Assembly: GCA_030620655.1 (NCBI GenBank)
Contig: JAUXEH010000001.1
Span: 1 to 35,217 of the forward strand
Source: Candidatus Aminicenantes bacterium
GTDB lineage: Bacteria > Acidobacteriota > Aminicenantia > Aminicenantales > Aminicenantaceae
DNA: 35,217 bases
Reading direction: 5' to 3'
Numbering within the stretch: position 1 is the stretch's first letter; every line of letters starts with the position of its first letter. A program made the translations under genes and the position numbers. This document shows, piece after piece, positions 1-8,782 of this stretch. Under the pieces are notes generated by a model, which had not been told where the DNA came from, searched no databases, and saw nothing but the letters and a program-made list of their open reading frames with translations.

Positions 1-22
1 GCGGCTATAATGTGACAGATTT

Positions 23-99
23 CGGGGCGTAGCGCAGCCTGGTAGCGCACAGCGTTCGGGACGCTGGGGTCGTGGGTTCGAATCCCACCGCCCCGACCA
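23..99 (+). tRNA. tRNA-Pro (anticodon CGG), CCA encoded
   Basis: 77-nt cloverleaf read by eye. Acceptor CGGGGCG/CGCCCCG; D arm GCGC-AGCCTGGTA-GCGC; anticodon arm CAGCG-TTCGGGA-CGCTG (anticodon CGG, G37); 5-nt variable loop GGGTC; T arm GTGGG-TTCGAAT-CCCAC; discriminator A plus CCA. Confidence 0.9.
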
Positions 100-262
100 G
101 CCATCCAACCACCCCCACTCTGTCTCCACCCACGCCGTCTCTCCACCCCAACCACCCGCCTTGAAAGGAGGGGGAGGGATTTGAGGCCGGCAATAAATCG
201 AGGATCATATGATGCGAGTCGAGGAAAAGGAGCTTGGAGGATAATATATCGGGCCAATAATA

Positions 263-292
263 CGACATAATGCGACATAATGCGACATTTGC
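263..292 (+). repeat. Head-to-tail 10-bp tandem repeat (CGACATAATG x2, plus a diverged third copy CGACATTTGC)
   Basis: Read directly at 263-272, 273-282 and 283-292, about 160 nt downstream of the tRNA in a non-coding stretch. Confidence 0.7.
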
Positions 293-390
293 CCAACTGG
301 CCTTGACAAGCCCGGCCTGCATGGTTAACTTCTGTGGTGCGGGAATAAAAGGTCGGGATTTTATTGGTCAGGCAAAGGGGGTTGACCCCT

Positions 391-1473
391 TCAATCCCAG
401 CTGCCGGGGCTAAGGTTCTTCAAATCATATTCCATGCGGCCCAGGCCTATCTCTGCGGCATGTCTAAGCTGAATGGACCAGTCGACGGGCTGGAGCTCCC
501 GCATGATATCTGTCCCGGCCCGATCGTTCACCAGGTCCACCGAAGCTTTGTCCAAAGCCACAGGATCACGGGATGCTAGAATGCCGATGTCCTCCATGAA
601 CGAAGGGGCATCCTTGCTCATGCAGTCGCAGTCCCGGGTCATCCGGATCAGGAAGTTAAGGTAGCCCGCACGTCCTTCGAACAGATTGTGGACACAAAAG
701 GCATATTCCGCCATCTTTTCCTGAATGCGGTTTTTATCATCGTCCCAACTCAGACCAATGGCTCCGGTGGGACACACCACGAGACACTCTCCGCACCCGA
801 TACACGTCTCATCCCGGATAAAGGCCGCCTCGGCTTCCTCCACGATGGCTCCGGTCGGGCAGTAATCGAAACACATGCCGCAGAGTGTACATTTCTTGGA
901 CTTCACCCAGGGATGCACATCTGAATGCTGCTCCAGTTTGCCGGCCCGGGATGCGCACCCCATCCCCAGGTTCTTGAGGGCGGCCCCCACACCCGAGAGG
1001 ATGTGACCCGTGAAATGGCTGAAGCACAGCAGCACGTCCGTGAACAGGAAGGTGGATGCGATCTTCGCGGATCGGACCCGGGGGAGATCTACCTCGATCT
1101 CATCATCATCCCGGCCGATCAGGCCGTCCGCGATCCAGACAGGAATCCCCAATGCCTCCAGGGAAAAACCGTGATCCCGGGCCAGTTTCAGGTGTTCGCA
1201 GGCGTTCGAGCGATTGCCGACGTAGAGGGTGTTGGTATCGGTAAAAAAGGCGCGTCGGGTTTTCTGTGTCAGGCGGGAGATCAGACGGGACAACCACTCG
1301 GGCCGGATGTACCCGGTGTTGTCTTTCTCTCCGAAATGGATCTTGAGGGCCACGAACGAATCCCGCCGGATGTGCGTTTCGACATCCAGGGCATCGTAGA
1401 GCACCTCCACCTTACGGGCCAGGCTGTCGGCTTCTTCAGAGCCTTTGGTCCCGATAAAATACACGTCCGCCAT
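391..1473 (-). CDS. DUF362 domain protein with a 2x[4Fe-4S] ferredoxin insert
   Basis: 360-aa ORF. Two CxxCxxCxxxCP cluster motifs (CTLCGMCFDYCP, CIGCGECLVVCP) sit inside a DUF362-like frame (VALKIHFGE, FFTDTNTLY). It starts 10 nt after the stop of the upstream aminotransferase, so it is probably in the same operon. Confidence 0.8.
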   Translation of the reverse strand: MADVYFIGTKGSEEADSLARKVEVLYDALDVETHIRRDSFVALKIHFGEKDNTGYIRPEWLSRLISRLTQKTRRAFFTDTNTLYVGNRSNACEHLKLARDHGFSLEALGIPVWIADGLIGRDDDEIEVDLPRVRSAKIASTFLFTDVLLCFSHFTGHILSGVGAALKNLGMGCASRAGKLEQHSDVHPWVKSKKCTLCGMCFDYCPTGAIVEEAEAAFIRDETCIGCGECLVVCPTGAIGLSWDDDKNRIQEKMAEYAFCVHNLFEGRAGYLNFLIRMTRDCDCMSKDAPSFMEDIGILASRDPVALDKASVDLVNDRAGTDIMRELQPVDWSIQLRHAAEIGLGRMEYDLKNLSPGSWD

Positions 1474-1482
1474 GGTAGATCC

Positions 1483-2628
1483 CTAAGCGGTCAGGGCATT
1501 TTTCGCGGCGGTCACACCGGCCCGGGCCTCAAAAGCATGCCCCAGGGAGGATAGGGTATCTTCCAGGGCCGCGACCGCAAATTCCACCTGCGAGAACGAC
1601 AGGTTACCCATGTGCCCCATGCGGAACACCCGGCCCGCGACCTCCCCTAAACCTCCGGCCACGATGACACCATTGTCCGCCAGAGTTGATCGGAAGGCGG
1701 CGTCTTCGACTCCTGGGGGATATGACATCACGGAAAGTGTTTCCGCCAGACAGTCATCCTGGGTGAAAGACCGGAATCCCAGGGCATGGAGCGCGGAACG
1801 GAAGGCCTCGGCGATCTTCTGGTGGCGGAGGAATCGCTCCTCCATACCCTCTTCCAGCATGATCCGGCAGGCTTCGGTGAACGCCCTTATCTCGTTGACG
1901 CAGGGTGTCGAAAAATATTTGGCCGGATCTTTCATGATCGGGAGCCAACGTAGGACATCGGAGTAGTAGGCCGGGATGGAGGTCATGCTCTGACGTTTGG
2001 CCATGGCCGCCTCCGAAAAGACCAGGACGGCGAGTCCGGGCGGTGTGCCGAAGCACTTCTGCGCAGCCGTGAGGATGACATCGACTCCCCAATCCGTCAT
2101 CCTCTCCTCAATACCGCCCGTGGCGCAGACCCCGTCGATCAGATACAGGCAGCCGGAATCCTTCAGGACATCCGCATAGGCCTTGACCGGGGCACAGGCG
2201 CCGGTGGCGGTGTCGACATGGGTAGAGACAACGGCCGTGTAGTCACGGCCGGCCAGCTGCTCTTCCAGCTGCTCCGGGGGGACCACTTCTCCCCAGGGGC
2301 TCTGCAGGATATCGCTGTCGATCCCAAAACATTGGCCGATATCCGACATCCGCTGCCCGAAATATCCCTGAGAAAGCACCAGGAACCTCTCTCCCTGTTT
2401 GACGGTATTGAGCAGGGCCATCTCCATGGCCAGGGTCCCGGCCCCGGCCACGATGATGGCCTCGCCCCGCTCACAGAAAACAATCTGTTTGAGCATGACG
2501 AGTGCTTCCTTCAGCTCCTGAACCATAGTCGGGCTGACATGAGAGACAGTGGGCTGAGAAAGGCTGTGGATGATGCGGGGATGGACAGGCGTGGGCCCGG
2601 GAATCAGCAGAAGTTTTTCTTGCGGCAT
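1483..2628 (-). CDS. Class-V pyridoxal-phosphate aminotransferase (alanine-glyoxylate / serine-pyruvate aminotransferase family)
   Basis: LLIPGPTPV N-terminal motif and a TAAQKCFGTPPG block (PLP lysine). The track ORF runs to 2673, but I prefer the ATG at 2628 because AGGAGA lies about 9 nt upstream and it gives the usual MPxxxLLIPGP start. Confidence 0.85.
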   Translation of the reverse strand: MPQEKLLLIPGPTPVHPRIIHSLSQPTVSHVSPTMVQELKEALVMLKQIVFCERGEAIIVAGAGTLAMEMALLNTVKQGERFLVLSQGYFGQRMSDIGQCFGIDSDILQSPWGEVVPPEQLEEQLAGRDYTAVVSTHVDTATGACAPVKAYADVLKDSGCLYLIDGVCATGGIEERMTDWGVDVILTAAQKCFGTPPGLAVLVFSEAAMAKRQSMTSIPAYYSDVLRWLPIMKDPAKYFSTPCVNEIRAFTEACRIMLEEGMEERFLRHQKIAEAFRSALHALGFRSFTQDDCLAETLSVMSYPPGVEDAAFRSTLADNGVIVAGGLGEVAGRVFRMGHMGNLSFSQVEFAVAALEDTLSSLGHAFEARAGVTAAKNALTA

Positions 2629-2673
2629 GTGTTGAGTTCTCCTCTTGAATTCGGACTTATCATTTTCATCCAT

Positions 2674-3273
2674 CTAGCCACCCAAATCAAGTGCTTTACT
2701 GGAAAGCCGTTCCTGCAGAGCGGGAATGGAGTCGAATACCTCGGCCCCCGTGCCCTCGAAGCGTGCCCTGTCCCGGTTGGTGTTGATGATCAGGACCCGG
2801 CGAATACCAGCCGCCTCCGCGGCCTGGACATCGAAAAGGGCATCCCCCACAACACCGCATTCATCCCTGTCCATTCCCCATTTGCTCAGGACATGCAGGA
2901 AGGGTCCTGAGGACGGCTTCCATAGACCGTCTTCCCGGGAGAGGACGATATCGAACTCGAGACGGAATTTCCCCAGCAGGAAACGCACGTTTTTCCCTGA
3001 ATTGTTGGAGACCAGCGCGATACGGACACCGTGGCTGGAAATGAACTCCATCAGCTGCGGGATGCCCGGCATTAGGACCGCATTCTCCGTCGCCGTTTTT
3101 TCATAGGCCTCCAGCACCGCCCACTTCCGGGACCGCTCCGGCTCAACGAGAGACTCCAGATGCTTGAGGATGGGCTGCCCCCCCGTGTCCAGCTCAGCCT
3201 TGATGCTGGGCCAGTCATAGGGCGCATCCACGATGGTCCCATCCAGGTCGAAGATCAGGCCCTTGAGCTTCAC
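2674..3273 (-). CDS. HAD-superfamily hydrolase (phosphatase-like)
   Basis: DxDGT nucleophile motif (IFDLDGTIVD), a VSNN motif II region and a VGDALFDV motif IV. 199 aa. Confidence 0.85.
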   Translation of the reverse strand: MKLKGLIFDLDGTIVDAPYDWPSIKAELDTGGQPILKHLESLVEPERSRKWAVLEAYEKTATENAVLMPGIPQLMEFISSHGVRIALVSNNSGKNVRFLLGKFRLEFDIVLSREDGLWKPSSGPFLHVLSKWGMDRDECGVVGDALFDVQAAEAAGIRRVLIINTNRDRARFEGTGAEVFDSIPALQERLSSKALDLGG

Positions 3274-3464
3274 TTCTGCACGCGCCCCACCTCGAACAGG
3301 GGCTCTCCCGCGTTGGCCGGAGGCGTGCCCAGGATTGCCATACCGGACCGAGTTGATCGCATCGCCACCTCCTCCTGTGAACTCTCAAACATTCTACTGG
3401 AATATATCCGCACGGTCCAGGGCTTTACACGTATCCTCACGGAACCAAGGATCCTTACCGGGGT

Positions 3465-3493
3465 TTTACACGGCAGGTTTTTTTTATTATAAT
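3465..3493 (+). promoter_or_regulatory. Sigma-70-like promoter (TTTACA-N17-TATAAT)
   Basis: -35 TTTACA at 3465-3470, a 17-nt spacer, and a perfect -10 TATAAT at 3488-3493. It lies about 45 nt upstream of the AGGAGG-ATG of the 3540 gene. Confidence 0.5.
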
Positions 3494-3539
3494 TGCGCCA
3501 TCGCACGTGGTCCATAAATCTGAATTTAGGAGGAATGTT

Positions 3540-3815
3540 ATGGGAAAAGTAATGGCGATTTTTATGGGGTTAGCGGCCATGGCCGGCGGGGTGCTCCTGA
3601 TCCTTTTCTTCTGGGGTCCCCTGGTCATCGACCTGATTCTCGCGTGCATCCCGCTCATCCTCCTCTTCGGAGGGCTGATCGCCTTCATCGCGGGTGTCAG
3701 CAGCATGAAGGATGCCGCCAGGGCTAAAAGACTGGAAGAGGAGACGGAAGAAGGATTCCAGGCCGCCCAAGAGGATGAGACATCTGAGGCGGACGTAGAC
3801 AAGGCTACCGAGTAG
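3540..3815 (+). CDS. Small two-helix membrane protein with an acidic C-terminal tail (function unknown)
   Basis: AGGAGG lies 6 nt upstream of the ATG at 3540. There are two hydrophobic segments (IFMGLAAMAGGVLLILFFWG and LILACIPLILLFGGLIAFIAGV), then a charged tail. No family recognised. Confidence 0.55.
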   Translation: MGKVMAIFMGLAAMAGGVLLILFFWGPLVIDLILACIPLILLFGGLIAFIAGVSSMKDAARAKRLEEETEEGFQAAQEDETSEADVDKATE

Positions 3816-3865
3816 ACGGTACCCTTTCCGATCCCACCGACCACCTGGCTGAATCACAGATTCTC

Positions 3866-3894
3866 TTGACAAATTGCGCATTTTTCTGTAATTT
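3866..3894 (+). promoter_or_regulatory. Sigma-70-like promoter (TTGACA-N17-TAATTT)
   Basis: Perfect -35 at 3866-3871, a 17-nt spacer, and -10 TAATTT at 3889-3894, about 30 nt upstream of the 3926 ATG. Confidence 0.45.
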
Positions 3895-3925
3895 GTAACT
3901 GAATTACACGTTACGGAGAATCGCT

Positions 3926-4315
3926 ATGATGAAAGACAACCCGGATAAAAACCCAGAGACCGAAGAAACAAAGGAAAAAGAACGTCACAATCCCCTGGAC
4001 GGATTGGGCAACCAGGTCGAAAAATTCGCGGTCAGGACAGCGGAATCTATAAAAAAAGTCATCGACAAGGCCCTGGCCGCGCGCAACACGGTCTTGACCA
4101 TCCGCGTCAACGATGAATCCAGCCAGAAGATGAACATGCTGGTCGACGCCGGGCTGTTCAAGAGCCGGTCCGAGAGTGCAGCGTTCCTGATCCAGGAAGG
4201 GATCCGGAGCCGGGAAGACCTCTTCGGCAAGATCGAAGGCAAGCTCAAGAAGATGGAAAAGATCAAAGACGAGCTGAAATCCATCGTCTCCGAGGAGATG
4301 GACGAGACGCCCTGA
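3926..4315 (+). CDS. Ribbon-helix-helix (CopG/Arc/MetJ-like) DNA-binding protein with charged N- and C-terminal extensions
   Basis: The segment TVLTIRVNDESSQKMNMLVDAGLFKSRSESAAFLIQEGI fits a beta-strand/helix/helix RHH pattern. GGAGA lies 7 nt upstream of the ATG. Confidence 0.55.
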   Translation: MMKDNPDKNPETEETKEKERHNPLDGLGNQVEKFAVRTAESIKKVIDKALAARNTVLTIRVNDESSQKMNMLVDAGLFKSRSESAAFLIQEGIRSREDLFGKIEGKLKKMEKIKDELKSIVSEEMDETP

Positions 4316-4364
4316 CTCCGGAAGCACGATTTACCCGGCCTGGAGTTTGTGCTAGAATCCGGGT

Positions 4365-4790
4365 GTGGGAAACGCGCTTATCCTCCTGCTGCTGCTGGCG
4401 ACTCTCTCCCCTTCCTCTACGACCCGGAGCATCGAGCGAGCCTTCCTGCAGAACAACGCCCGGATCCTCCTGGAGTTCCTGCCGGCAGGGGGACGCATCA
4501 ACCTTTCTTTGCCGGAACCCATATCCTTTTCTGATCAACTCTCCGATCAACAGACCTATCTGCTGCTGAAAAAGATCTTTACCACCTTCACCACCCAGGA
4601 ATTCTTTTCTGAGCTGCGGGAGGCGCCGCAGGGGGAAAAACGCTATTTTTTCAAGGCCCGGTGGTCCTTCCAGGATAAAAACAAGAACCTCTATGCCTTG
4701 GATGTTTTCTTCCAGCTCGGCCTGATCTCGGATGGATCGGAGGCCTCCCCGGACTGGAAGATCACGGATATCAGAGCGGAAAAGATTTGA
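4365..4790 (+). CDS. Secreted small protein, DUF4783-like (NTF2-like fold family, tentative)
   Basis: Starts at GTG. Hydrophobic signal-like N-terminus (ALILLLLLATLSPSS). The spacing pattern (INLSLP ... Q.YLLLKKIF ... RYFFKA ... WKITDI) resembles DUF4783 as I recall it. Its stop overlaps the kinase start. Confidence 0.5.
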   Translation: MGNALILLLLLATLSPSSTTRSIERAFLQNNARILLEFLPAGGRINLSLPEPISFSDQLSDQQTYLLLKKIFTTFTTQEFFSELREAPQGEKRYFFKARWSFQDKNKNLYALDVFFQLGLISDGSEASPDWKITDIRAEKI

Positions 4791-7700
4791 GCCAAAAAAC
4801 CGGATCCGGTCTCAGAGACCTGCTGCACATCGGGTTGTGGACCGCACTGGTCCTGGCGTTTGTCTTCCTGCTCCTTTCCCGGATCGCCCCCCCGCTTCTC
4901 TCCTCCAGCGATGAACAGAAGATCATCAACCGGCTGCGCGACCAGAAAGCCGCCATCCTCGATGAGTTCGAAGAAGCGGGCAGCAGGCTCCTGGCCAAAC
5001 ACGAGGCCCTCTCCGGCTCCGAATGGCCCGGGAGCACTCAGGAGCGATTCCTTTTTTTGAAGAGCCTGTGTGCCGATCCGGAACTGGAGGGCGTCGCCTT
5101 CTACGATCACTACATCGGTGACATCGGACTGTGGTATGGGACAGTCATCGACATCAATCCCATCTTCATGGAGGCTCAGTCCCTCGATCCGGAGGCCGTC
5201 ACGCTGCGGTCGACACTCCTCATCCGGCACAAGTCTTCAGTCTATCTCATCACCTACAATGAAATGCCCTCCGGAGACTATGTGGTCTTTTACAGGCTCC
5301 TCGCCTTCCTCCCGGAATTCAAGGCGCGCTATCTCCAGGAAAAACATTTCTTGAAAAAGTCACTCCTGGCTCACTGCACGATCGATTATCATGATTTCCG
5401 CGAAGACATCTCAGGAATAAGCGAGTTCTTTTCACGGAACGCTGATGAATTCATAGGCCAGCCGGACCTCCAGGGCCAGATCCAGAACATCTATTTTCCC
5501 TTCCGGAACGAGAAAGGCCGGCTCATGGCCAGCGTCGAACTGGCATCCCCTTCGCTGTCTTCGCGTCAGACCAGTCAAAAAGAGACCCTGCTGAGCATCG
5601 GCTATCTGTTTCTTATCACGACATTGATACTGCTGCTCCTGATCCAGACCAGACGTTTGGCATCTCCAACGGAACGACGCGTGTGGGTCCCTTTGACCAT
5701 CCTGATCCTTCTGGGAGGCTTGCGGGCCTTGTTCTTCCCCCTGAGCCGGCTGGTAAAATTCCGCGACCTGGACGTGTTTTCCCCTGCCGAAGCCGGTTTG
5801 ATTTCCATAGGAGATTTGACGAAATCGCCGGCCGATCTTTTCCTGAGCGGCCTGTGTCTTTTCGTAATGAGTGGCTTTATCTTCCATTTTCTGCGGACAG
5901 GAAGTGGGTCCCGTGCTCCTTTAGGGAGCGCTGCCACAAGGATACTGACCGCGGTGGGATTCTGCCTGGCCGCATTCTCTTCCCTCTGGATCTTCCACGT
6001 ATTCCTGCAGCGCACGGTCCTGAACTCCAGCTTCAGCCTGCTGGGCGTTTCCGCGCGTCCCGCGCACGTCCTGGTCCAGCTCGCTGTTTTTTTCTTTTTC
6101 AGCGCGTTTTTGTTCTTGATATACACGGCATTCCGGCTCTCCACCTCGCTCGTCGACGGCTATCGGACGATGGCCATCGCGTTGGGTGGAACCTACGGGA
6201 TCTATCTGACGGCCTTCTGGCGGGATATCCCCCTCCCGGTGCTTTTCCTGCACGGGCTCCTGGGTTCGATCCTTTATCTGGCAGCCATCACGTCCAGCCT
6301 CTCCCGGCGCAGGCAGATCCAGTTCCTGGCATTTTTTGCGGCGGTCCTTATGACATATTTCACGATCGACTACGCCGAGGACCAGAAAAACCGCTCCATC
6401 CTGCAGAACTCCATAAAGAACACGGTCCTCTCACAGGAGGAATGGGGAAGGTTCTATATCCGGCAGTCCCTGCCCTCCATCGACAAGGAGATCGGCCGGG
6501 TCATAGAGACGCTCAAAAGCACACGGAGGCATGAATTCGCACGAGAGCTGTGGAGAGGCACCTTGCTGGCCAAGTCGAACTGGTACTCCAGCCTGGCGCT
6601 GATCGCATCCGACGGGGCGATCGTATCGCGTTTCTCCCTGAACATCCCGGAGATGTACCGACCCGACTTTCCCCTCCCGGAAGCGCGAGACTGGCGGATC
6701 ATCTCAGCGAAGCTGTCATACTGGGGAAAGGACAAGGATTTCCTCATCGCCTACAAAGACTGGTTCGAAGAGGAGACGCGGGTGGGGCGGACCATGATCA
6801 TGCTGTCCGTCGATTATGAGATGCTGCCCTTCCTCTACTCCTCCAACCCCTATTCCGAGCTGCTCAGGATCGCCTCCTACCCGTCCCTCGACCGGCTGGA
6901 TCTGGGATTCGCGGTGTTCGACCTCGAGGGCAGGCTGCTCTTCAATCCCCATAACCTGTCCTCAGGGCTCCCTGAACCCCTGCTTCAGGACGCCCTGGCA
7001 GCCGAGGATTCTATCTGGACGGAATTCGTGGACAAGGACAGGTCCTTCCACACGCTGATGTTTCCTCACAAAGACAGGGTCTATGCTATCTTCCTTCCCC
7101 AAAAGACCTGGCTGAAATATGCGGTGGATTTCCTCAAGCTGTTTTTCATGTACTCCGCGTGCCTGGCCTTACCGGCACTGCTGGTTTATGCCGGGACTTC
7201 CCGCAAGAACAGGACCGGCCTGCTGTGGTCGTTCTCAAACCGGGTCTACATAGCTTTTATAGTCATTGCCCTCATACCCCTCCTCCTCTTCACGATGTCG
7301 ACTCAGAACTTCTTCGCCCGGGTCTACGCGCAGAAGGTCACTGAGGAAGCGGAGTCTCACGCCAATTACGCGCACCGGGTCTTCGAGGACTACGTCTTTC
7401 AGCAGCAGGAAGGCCAAGTCTCGCTCACCATCCCTCCGGAAGAGCTGCTCATCTGGATCAGCAACGCCATAGCGCACGATGTCCACCTCTACCTGGACGG
7501 CAATATCTACGGGACCAGCCTAAGGGAGTTTTTCGAGTACGGCCTGCTCCCGGATCTTATCGACGGGGAGATATTCTACAAGATCCAGTACGAGAACAAT
7601 CCCCTCTACACCCAGACCCAGAAGATCGGGGATTATTCCTTCCACACCCTCACGATCCCCTACTATTTCCAGGACAACTTTCTCCTCATCTCACTCCCGT

Positions 7701-8656
7701 TTCCCTTGGAAGAGCAGCAGGTTTCCCGTGCCCGGGCCGATTTTCTCGAGTTTCTCTTTTTGCTCTCCGTGCTCTTCATCCTCATCGTTCTGCTGTTCGG
7801 CCGTGCCGCCGGCACCACCATCACTTCCCCCATCCGCAAGCTGCTGGCCGGGACCAAAGAGGTCAGCCTGGGAAATCTGGAAATATCGATCCCCTACGAG
7901 CATGAAGATGAGATGAAGACCTTGGTCAGCGGCTTCAACGACATGGTCCTCAGCCTCAAGAGGCACCAGCAGGAGCTGGCCGACCTGGGCAAAAAGGTGG
8001 CCTGGGCCGAGATGGCCCGCAAGGTGGCGCACGAGATCAAGAATCCCCTGACTCCCATCCAGCTGTCTGCGGAGCACCTCCTCCGCGTCTATGCGGAACG
8101 ACCCGGAGAATTCGAGGACGCTCTTAAGGAATCCACGAGCTACATCGTCACCGAGGTGGAGCACCTGCGGAAGATCGCACAGGAATTCCTGGAAACCTCC
8201 AAGGAGGCGATGCTCCAGAAAGAAGATCTGGACCTGAAAGCCATACTGGAGGAAACCCTGGAGCCATACCAGAAGATCTTGACGGAGCGGATCCAGTTCA
8301 GCGTTTCCTTCTCAGGAGAGAGGTTCACTTTCTTGGGCGATCAGGCCAAGATCAAGATCGTCCTCCGCAACATCCTCACCAACGCCATCGAATCCATCCA
8401 GGACCGCGGCCGTATCAACATCAGCCTTTTGTCTTCAGAGTCAGGCCTGCAGCTGGACATCGCCGACACCGGGCGCGGCCTGGAGCCGGACATCTTGGAG
8501 CGTATCTTCGAACCCTACTTTTCCACCAAAGACGTGGGCACAGGCCTGGGGCTCCCGATAGCCAAGAAGATCATAAAAGATCACGGTGGAACCATCCTGG
8601 CCCGGCCCAATGAACCCCAGGGATTGAAGATCCGGATCAGCCTGCCCGGAACTTGA
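4787..8656 (+). CDS. Large multi-pass membrane sensor histidine kinase (NtrY-like HAMP-HisKA-HATPase C-terminus)
   Basis: 1289 aa with a TTG start. Many hydrophobic segments in the N-terminal two thirds. HAMP region (PIRKLLAGTKEVSLGNLE...FNDMV), H-box AHEIKNPLTPIQLSAEHL, N-box RNILTNAIES, G1 DTGRGL, G2 GTGLGL. Confidence 0.9.
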   Translation: MSQKTGSGLRDLLHIGLWTALVLAFVFLLLSRIAPPLLSSSDEQKIINRLRDQKAAILDEFEEAGSRLLAKHEALSGSEWPGSTQERFLFLKSLCADPELEGVAFYDHYIGDIGLWYGTVIDINPIFMEAQSLDPEAVTLRSTLLIRHKSSVYLITYNEMPSGDYVVFYRLLAFLPEFKARYLQEKHFLKKSLLAHCTIDYHDFREDISGISEFFSRNADEFIGQPDLQGQIQNIYFPFRNEKGRLMASVELASPSLSSRQTSQKETLLSIGYLFLITTLILLLLIQTRRLASPTERRVWVPLTILILLGGLRALFFPLSRLVKFRDLDVFSPAEAGLISIGDLTKSPADLFLSGLCLFVMSGFIFHFLRTGSGSRAPLGSAATRILTAVGFCLAAFSSLWIFHVFLQRTVLNSSFSLLGVSARPAHVLVQLAVFFFFSAFLFLIYTAFRLSTSLVDGYRTMAIALGGTYGIYLTAFWRDIPLPVLFLHGLLGSILYLAAITSSLSRRRQIQFLAFFAAVLMTYFTIDYAEDQKNRSILQNSIKNTVLSQEEWGRFYIRQSLPSIDKEIGRVIETLKSTRRHEFARELWRGTLLAKSNWYSSLALIASDGAIVSRFSLNIPEMYRPDFPLPEARDWRIISAKLSYWGKDKDFLIAYKDWFEEETRVGRTMIMLSVDYEMLPFLYSSNPYSELLRIASYPSLDRLDLGFAVFDLEGRLLFNPHNLSSGLPEPLLQDALAAEDSIWTEFVDKDRSFHTLMFPHKDRVYAIFLPQKTWLKYAVDFLKLFFMYSACLALPALLVYAGTSRKNRTGLLWSFSNRVYIAFIVIALIPLLLFTMSTQNFFARVYAQKVTEEAESHANYAHRVFEDYVFQQQEGQVSLTIPPEELLIWISNAIAHDVHLYLDGNIYGTSLREFFEYGLLPDLIDGEIFYKIQYENNPLYTQTQKIGDYSFHTLTIPYYFQDNFLLISLPFPLEEQQVSRARADFLEFLFLLSVLFILIVLLFGRAAGTTITSPIRKLLAGTKEVSLGNLEISIPYEHEDEMKTLVSGFNDMVLSLKRHQQELADLGKKVAWAEMARKVAHEIKNPLTPIQLSAEHLLRVYAERPGEFEDALKESTSYIVTEVEHLRKIAQEFLETSKEAMLQKEDLDLKAILEETLEPYQKILTERIQFSVSFSGERFTFLGDQAKIKIVLRNILTNAIESIQDRGRINISLLSSESGLQLDIADTGRGLEPDILERIFEPYFSTKDVGTGLGLPIAKKIIKDHGGTILARPNEPQGLKIRISLPGT

Positions 8657-8691
8657 CCCGAATCCGGTCTATTTGTAATCGGCATCTTTTA

Positions 8692-8704
8692 TGAATAATC
8701 CAGG
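8692..8704 (-). repeat. Copy of the intergenic motif CCTGGATTATTCA (exact core)
   Basis: The plus strand reads TCGGCATCTTTTA-TGAATAATCCAGG. Located between the kinase stop and the OMP start. Confidence 0.8.
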
Positions 8705-8782
8705 CTAACTGAACTCTGCTCTCACGACTAAATGGGCGCATACCGTTATACATCAAGAAAAACTGGAATTTTTCAAAGAAAT

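Noticed and set aside
5-322. 105-aa minus-strand ORF at the left edge.
   Set aside because: It overlaps the tRNA-Pro gene and the C-rich non-coding flank. The translation is low complexity (GW/GV repeats) and there is no ribosome-binding site.
5683-6534. 283-aa alternative-frame ORF, and other 60-180-aa ORFs on both strands within 4.8-8.7 kb.
   Set aside because: They are embedded in the continuous 1289-aa histidine kinase frame, whose C-terminal motifs validate that frame. The alternatives are Pro/Arg/Gly-rich off-frame products.
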